Shown: positions 59,627-64,000 of the stretch, in pieces
Numbering within the stretch: position 1 is the first letter of the stretch
How the letters are laid out: each line of letters begins with the position of its first letter
NCBI GenBank assembly: GCA_046092585.1
Contig: JBJTDZ010000133.1
Coordinates: 11,727-75,726 of the forward strand
Origin: Pirellulales bacterium
Lineage (GTDB): Bacteria; Planctomycetota; Planctomycetia; Pirellulales; UBA1268
Length of the DNA: 64,000 bases
Reading direction: 5' to 3'
Position numbers and translations under genes: made by a program
The notes under the pieces: generated by a model
Databases searched by the model: none
What the model saw: the letters and a program-made list of their open reading frames with translations, nothing else
Told to the model about the DNA's origin: nothing

Positions 59627-60025
59627 TCATGTCCGCCGTGGCTTGGGAATCGCCAACTCGACACATTCGCCGTAGCCGGCAAGGATCACGTCGTTGGTGA
59701 GAAGCAGGAGCGGTTCGGTTTTCGCCTGGGCGACGAGCATGCGGTCGAAGGGATCCGTGTGCACCGCCGGCAATAGCGAAACGGCCGCAGCGTGCTCACC
59801 TGTGACGGGCAAGAGTGTGAACCCCGCAGGCTCGATCTCTGCCAAGAGTTCAGCAGGATCGGCGGCAATTTTTCCGAGGGCGGCTTTGATGCTGACCTCC
59901 CAGATGGAGGCTGCGCTCACGAAAACCTCGGCCCCGTCGATCCGGCTCCGGGCCGCGGGCGGCAACTTCTTCGGCTCGGCGACAGCCCACAGCAGAAGAT
60001 GGGTGTCGAGGAGAATCCTGCTCAC
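59627..60025 (-). CDS. vapC: Type II toxin VapC (PIN-domain ribonuclease)
   Basis: ILLDTHLLLW, SAASIWEVSIK, HTDPFDRMLVAQA: the PIN acidic residues. GTG start overlapping the antitoxin stop (GTGA). Confidence 0.9.
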   Translation of the reverse strand: MSRILLDTHLLLWAVAEPKKLPPAARSRIDGAEVFVSAASIWEVSIKAALGKIAADPAELLAEIEPAGFTLLPVTGEHAAAVSLLPAVHTDPFDRMLVAQAKTEPLLLLTNDVILAGYGECVELAIPKPRRT

Positions 60026-60264
60026 GACCGGCCCTCGAACGCGGCAATGACGCCGGCGTCAAGCGGCGTGTTGAAGTCGTCCGGAACGCGGATGCGACCC
60101 TTGAGCCCGCCGAGTTTTTTCGCTCGCGGTTTCGATTCGATCGGCACGAGCCTCACAACCTTCCGCCCCGCTTTGGCGATGATCACTTCCCGGCCGGCGG
60201 CAGCCTCGTCGACGATCTTCGAAAGGTGTGTCTTTGCCTGATGGATGTTGAAGACGGTCGCCAT
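60022..60264 (-). CDS. Type II antitoxin (Phd/YefM-type fold) paired with VapC
   Basis: 80 aa from MATVFNIHQAKTHLSKIVDEAAAGREVIIAKAGRKVVRLVP. Typical antitoxin N-terminus and 4-nt overlap with vapC. Confidence 0.85.
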   Translation of the reverse strand: MATVFNIHQAKTHLSKIVDEAAAGREVIIAKAGRKVVRLVPIESKPRAKKLGGLKGRIRVPDDFNTPLDAGVIAAFEGRS

Positions 60265-60302
60265 GGCCTCTCCCGGAAACACAACACGGGCGATGTAAAC
60301 TA

Positions 60303-60316
60303 GACTAAGCTTAGTC
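60303..60316. promoter_or_regulatory. Perfect 14-bp palindrome, candidate antitoxin operator
   Basis: GACTAAGCTTAGTC, 39 nt upstream of the antitoxin ATG, in a locally AT-richer stretch (GATGTAAACTAGACTAAGCTTAGTCC). Confidence 0.4.
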
Positions 60317-60462
60317 CGTCCTTTTCAGCGGGTCAACAATGCAACGCTCGTGAGTGCAACATTCCTTCTGTCCATCGCCGGTGCGTGCCCGGGTTCGGGA
60401 GATGGGCTATCGAGGTTTTCTTGGAAGTGTCTTATACGGATCGCACATGAGACGCAGGCCGT

Positions 60463-60527
60463 CCCCATCGCTTACAAGGGTGGGCTTGCAGATGCAGGAA
60501 GCGTAACCGCGTGAGCGGTACGACTGC
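60463..60527 (+). repeat. Interspersed repeat family 1 (left module + GUGA hairpin)
   Basis: CCCCATCGCTTACAAGGGTGGGCTTGC ... GAAGCGTAACCGC-GTGA-GCGGTACGACTGC. Confidence 0.8.
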
Positions 60528-60543
60528 AGTGCCGTCGATTTCG

Positions 60544-60963
60544 TCACTCGCCGTTCACGGTGAGCACGAGGCTGCGGGGGCCAGCCCGGTCGCGGTGCTC
60601 GCAGAGGTAGACGCCCTGCCACGTGCCGAGACGCAGGCGGCCGTCCCGGATCGGCACGGTGACGCTGCACCCGATCATCGACGCCTTCACGTGGGCCGGC
60701 ATGTCGTCGGGGCCCTCCATCGTGTGCGAATAGGGGAAGTCTTCGCGGGCGATCTCGTTGAAGGCCATTTCCAGGTCCCGCGGGACGTCAGGGTCGGCGT
60801 TCTCGTTGAGCGACAGGCTCGCCGACGTGTGCTGGATGAAGACGTGCAGGAGGCCCACGCGGAGCGGGGGCATGTCGCGGAGGGCCGCCTCGATCTCGGC
60901 CGTGATCAGGTGGAAGCCCCGGCGTCGGGGAGCGAGTCGCAGCTCCTGTTGCAGCCAGCCCAT
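60544..60963 (-). CDS. yjbQ: YjbQ/UPF0047 family protein (secondary thiamine-phosphate synthase)
   Basis: GLLHVFIQHTSASLSLNENADPDV, DDMPAHVKAS, GTWQGVYLCEHR: family signatures. Confidence 0.88.
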   Translation of the reverse strand: MGWLQQELRLAPRRRGFHLITAEIEAALRDMPPLRVGLLHVFIQHTSASLSLNENADPDVPRDLEMAFNEIAREDFPYSHTMEGPDDMPAHVKASMIGCSVTVPIRDGRLRLGTWQGVYLCEHRDRAGPRSLVLTVNGE

Positions 60964-60985
60964 CCCGCTCGTCTCCGCTGCCGCA

Positions 60986-61792
60986 TCAGACGATGCCGAG
61001 CACGTCGCGCATCGAATACAGGCCGGCGGGCTTGCCGACGAGGAATGCGGCGGCCGCGAGGGCGCCGCGGGCGTAGCAGTCGCGACTCGTCGCCCGCACG
61101 TTCACCGAGAACGACTCGCCATCCATGCCGAAGAGGATGGTGTGCTCGCCGGGATTGTCCCCGGCCCGCACGGCGTGGTAGCCGATCTCGTCGGTGGGTC
61201 GGGCGCCGGGTCGGCCCTCTCTGCCGTGCGCCGCCCGTGTCTGCCCCATCGCCTCCTGCACGATCGACCCGAACTTCAGCGCCGTGCCGCTCGGAGAATC
61301 CTCCTTGTGGCGATGGTGGCACTCGATGATCTCGACGTCGGTGCGGCCGCCCACCCTCGCGAGCAGGGCGCCGGCGCGGCCCACCAGATCCATCGCGATG
61401 TTCACGGCCAGGCTCATGCTCGGCGACTGGAGCACCGGAATAACCTGCGCGGCCTCGGCGATCGCCCGGCGCTCACGCTCCTCCAGACCGGTGGTGGCCA
61501 CCACCAGCGGCACCCTCTTGGCGACGCACGCAGCCACGATCCCGCAGACGGCCTCGGGCAGCGAAAAGTCGATCACGACATCGGCGGGACACTCCCAGCC
61601 GGCACCGATCGCCACGCCCGCCGCGGGCAGGCCCGCGAGCACGCCCGCGTCGTCACCGGCCCGCGGATGCCCGGGCCGCTCCACGGCCGCGACGAGCGTC
61701 CACGGAATCGTGTCCGCGGCGGCGCAGGCGACGATCCGCTGGCCCATGCGGCCGGCGGATCCATGCACGACGAGGCGAAGGGGAGCGGCCAA
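60986..61792 (-). CDS. dapB: 4-hydroxy-tetrahydrodipicolinate reductase
   Basis: 268 aa from a TTG preceded by GGAGGA (6-nt spacer). LRLVVHGSAGRMGQ, EIIECHHRHKEDSPSGTA, typical length. The long upstream track ORF was rejected. Confidence 0.88.
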   Translation of the reverse strand: MAAPLRLVVHGSAGRMGQRIVACAAADTIPWTLVAAVERPGHPRAGDDAGVLAGLPAAGVAIGAGWECPADVVIDFSLPEAVCGIVAACVAKRVPLVVATTGLEERERRAIAEAAQVIPVLQSPSMSLAVNIAMDLVGRAGALLARVGGRTDVEIIECHHRHKEDSPSGTALKFGSIVQEAMGQTRAAHGREGRPGARPTDEIGYHAVRAGDNPGEHTILFGMDGESFSVNVRATSRDCYARGALAAAAFLVGKPAGLYSMRDVLGIV

Positions 61793-61854
61793 GGGAAATC
61801 CTCCATGTCGACGGGGGGAGCGTGCGAACGCGCCGCAGCGGCGGGGTGGAACTT

Positions 61855-63264
61855 TCAGGAATAGAGGTCGATCGCCTGCACAATCTCGTCGAGCCGATTG
61901 CCGACGCTCACGGCGCGGTTGGCGAAGTTCGCCCGACTCACGCCCCGGCTGCCGAGCACCTCGTCGAAGAGCTTCTGGTCGGTGGTGTGATACGCCACCG
62001 TGGCGGTCGGATCCTTCAACTGGTGGCCGGTGAGGACGCAGACCACCCGCTCGTCGCGGCCGATCACGCCCTCCGCCACGAGCTGCTTCGCCCCCGCCAC
62101 GCTCGCCGCGCTCGCCGGCTCGCACCCCAGGCCACCGGCGCCCACCTGCGCCTTGGCGTCGAGGATCTCCTGCTCGCTTACCTCGCGAACCACGCCATCG
62201 CACACCTCCAGCGCCCGGAGGCACTTGTTGAGGTTGACGGGCCGGTTGATCTCGATGGCGCTGGCGATCGTGTGAGCCCGTTTCCGGTCGCGGTCGAGCT
62301 CGTCGTAGTAGTGGCAGGCGGGGGCGAGGTCGGCCCGTCCGCCGTCCCAGCGGAGGCCGCGGCGGTGATAGAGCTCGTAGAGGGTGTTGGCGCCGGCGGC
62401 GTTGATGACAGCCAGCCGCGGCACGCGATCGATGAGGCCGAGTTTCCGCAACTCGGCGAACGCCTTGCCGAAGGCGCTCGAGTTGCCGAGGTTGCCGCCG
62501 GGCACCACGATCCAGTCGGGCACCTCCCAGCCGAGCGACTCGAGCACCCGCAGCATGATCGTCTTCTGGCCCTCGAGCCGGAACGGATTCACGCTGTTGA
62601 CGAGGTAGATGCCCATCCTGCCCGACACCTCCTTGACGCGGGCCATCGCGTCGTCGAAGTCGCCGGCGATCTGGATCGTGAGGGCGCCATAGTCGAGCGC
62701 CTGCGAGAGCTTGCCGTAGGAGATCTTGCCCGAGCCGATGAAGATGATCGCCTTCATCATCCGCGTGACGGCACAGTACACGGCGAGGGATGCGCTCGTG
62801 TTGCCCGTCGACGCGCAGGCGGCCCGCCGGGCTCCGATCATGCGAGCGTGGGTGAAGGCCGCCGACATGCCGTTGTCTTTGAACGAACCCGAAGGATTGA
62901 GGCCCTCGTACTGCAGGTAGAGGTGGCCGGCGCTCACGCCGACGTACGACGCCACGCCGTCGGAGGGCGGGCACATCGTCTGCCCCTCGCCGATCGTGAC
63001 CACGCTCTCGCGGGGCGCGAACGGCAGGAGTTCGTGGAACCGCCACACGCCGCTGAAGGCGAGGGGGTCGCTCCGCCGCATCCACTTACGCTCGAAGAAC
63101 TCGAACGAGGTCGGCGGCCGCAGCCGATCCCAGTCGTATTCGACGTCGAGCAGGTTGCCGCAGGCCGGACAGGCGGTGCGCACCTCGTCGACCGAGAAGG
63201 TCGCCTTGCAGCCCGGGTCGATGCACTGCTGGAAGGCGAGATCGGTGCGGGCGGCGACGGCCAA
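61855..63264 (-). CDS. thrC: Threonine synthase (long form with N-terminal zinc-ribbon)
   Basis: CIDPGC...CPACG ribbon, [14 protein letters not shown]-lysine motif, ASTGNTSAS. Start proposed at a TTG preceded by GGAGAA. The in-frame ATG at 63543 would add 93 low-complexity residues. Confidence 0.85.
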   Translation of the reverse strand: MAVAARTDLAFQQCIDPGCKATFSVDEVRTACPACGNLLDVEYDWDRLRPPTSFEFFERKWMRRSDPLAFSGVWRFHELLPFAPRESVVTIGEGQTMCPPSDGVASYVGVSAGHLYLQYEGLNPSGSFKDNGMSAAFTHARMIGARRAACASTGNTSASLAVYCAVTRMMKAIIFIGSGKISYGKLSQALDYGALTIQIAGDFDDAMARVKEVSGRMGIYLVNSVNPFRLEGQKTIMLRVLESLGWEVPDWIVVPGGNLGNSSAFGKAFAELRKLGLIDRVPRLAVINAAGANTLYELYHRRGLRWDGGRADLAPACHYYDELDRDRKRAHTIASAIEINRPVNLNKCLRALEVCDGVVREVSEQEILDAKAQVGAGGLGCEPASAASVAGAKQLVAEGVIGRDERVVCVLTGHQLKDPTATVAYHTTDQKLFDEVLGSRGVSRANFANRAVSVGNRLDEIVQAIDLYS

Positions 63265-63545
63265 GGCTGTTCTCCACGCCGCGACCGCCGCGGCCCGCCG
63301 GATCGGGGCCCGCAACCGCGGGGTTTCAGCGGTATCGGCCGCCGATGCCTCCAAAGGTAGGTCACGCCCTCCGGGGCAGCAAGCAGACCGCAGGGCGCAG
63401 GGTCGGACCGGGCACCGCTCTTCGCCGGGAAAACGGCCTGCCAGTTTGACAGCCTCGTCTCCGGCGAATATTCTCGCCGGGCTCGGGAGAACGGGCTTGG
63501 GGGCGGACCCAGGATCTTCCGGAGACGGCGAGCGAGACGACACCC

Positions 63546-63947
63546 ATGATGAAAGCAGCGGAACTGAAGGTTTTCCGGACGACGCTCGAGGCCCTGCGGG
63601 CGCGGCTCCGCGGCGATGTCTCGACGATGGCCGATGCAGCCCTGCGACACTCCGGCACCGACGCCAACGGCGATCTCTCCCGCATGCCCATCCACATGGC
63701 GGATGTCGGCTCCGACGCCTACGAGCAGGAGTTCACGCTCAGCCTGATGGCCAACGAGGAGGAGACGCTCGACCTCGTGGAACGGGCTCTCGAGCGAATC
63801 AAGGAAAAGCGGTTCGGCACCTGCGAGGAGTGCGGTGGCGTGATCGCGAAGAAGCGACTCGAGGCGATTCCGTTTGCGGCGATGTGCATCCGCTGCGCGG
63901 AAAAGATGGAACACGGCGATACCGCGAGGCCGCGGCAGCCGCGGTGA
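63546..63947 (+). CDS. DksA/TraR-family C4 zinc-finger protein
   Basis: Coiled-coil N-terminal half and C-terminal CEECGGVI...CIRC four-Cys finger. Confidence 0.85.
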   Translation: MMKAAELKVFRTTLEALRARLRGDVSTMADAALRHSGTDANGDLSRMPIHMADVGSDAYEQEFTLSLMANEEETLDLVERALERIKEKRFGTCEECGGVIAKKRLEAIPFAAMCIRCAEKMEHGDTARPRQPR

Positions 63948-64000
63948 TGATCGGCCAGCCCCCGTCCGGGCAGGAACGCGCCCGCGACGCCGCACGACGA

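Noticed and set aside
58860-60540. Horizontally acquired islet (ferritin plus vapBC) suggested by seemingly lower GC
   Set aside because: This is an impression by eye only. I did not compute GC or codon usage, and there are no flanking mobility genes.
63265-63543. 93-codon N-terminal extension of thrC from the ATG at 63543
   Set aside because: The segment is low-complexity Pro/Ala/Arg sequence with no counterpart in threonine synthases. It also occupies the divergent promoter region shared with the DksA-like gene. A TTG with an SD fits better.
63947-64000. Possible start of another plus-strand gene overlapping the DksA-like stop (ATG at 63947, [18 protein letters not shown])
   Set aside because: Only 18 codons are visible before the window ends, which is too little to support a call.

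Overview
GC-rich bacterial chromosomal segment (about two-thirds G+C by eye, not computed). The gene content looks like Planctomycetota/PVC: a PEP-CTERM protein, TAT-signal Gfo/Idh/MocA oxidoreductases, a triple DUF1080 protein, a sulfatase, a PVC-type heme-binding dehydrogenase, an LRR protein, a membrane Ser/Thr kinase and a NagB-LmbE fusion. This taxonomic call is an inference.

I support about 55 genes. Most of the very long ORFs in the six-frame track are mirror-strand or upstream-extension artefacts of high GC, so several starts were re-placed from conserved N-termini, Shine-Dalgarno-like sequences and ATGA/GTGA start-stop overlaps.

Housekeeping genes:
- ftsK, truB, hemL, cls, malQ, pckA, ferritin, and a yjbQ-dapB-thrC string with a DksA/TraR gene
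- mtnB-mtnD-mtnC, translationally coupled to a FIST protein
- gcvP behind a tandem glycine riboswitch

Accessory content:
- a candidate oxidative glycoside/amino-sugar locus (41.5-49.3 kb)
- a vapBC pair
- an orphan WYL regulator with a divergent unknown gene
- a PEP-CTERM / micro-peptide / pseudo-receiver operon

I saw no CRISPR array, transposase, integrase or recognisable multi-gene defence cassette.

Most noteworthy observations:
1. A 9-kb tract (27.4-36.4 kb) starts at an aberrant tRNA-Ser-like gene. At least four, possibly five, genes in it are truncated, frameshifted or fused end to end.
2. Several families of short interspersed repeats are built around GNRA-capped hairpins whose stems differ between families while pairing is kept.
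3. An in-frame 15-bp x5 tandem repeat forms the signal-peptide core of a PEP-CTERM protein.
4. A duplicated 30-nt module sits inside the expression platform of the glycine riboswitch.

Nothing here can be called a new system from sequence alone. Candidates are flagged with the tests that would decide.
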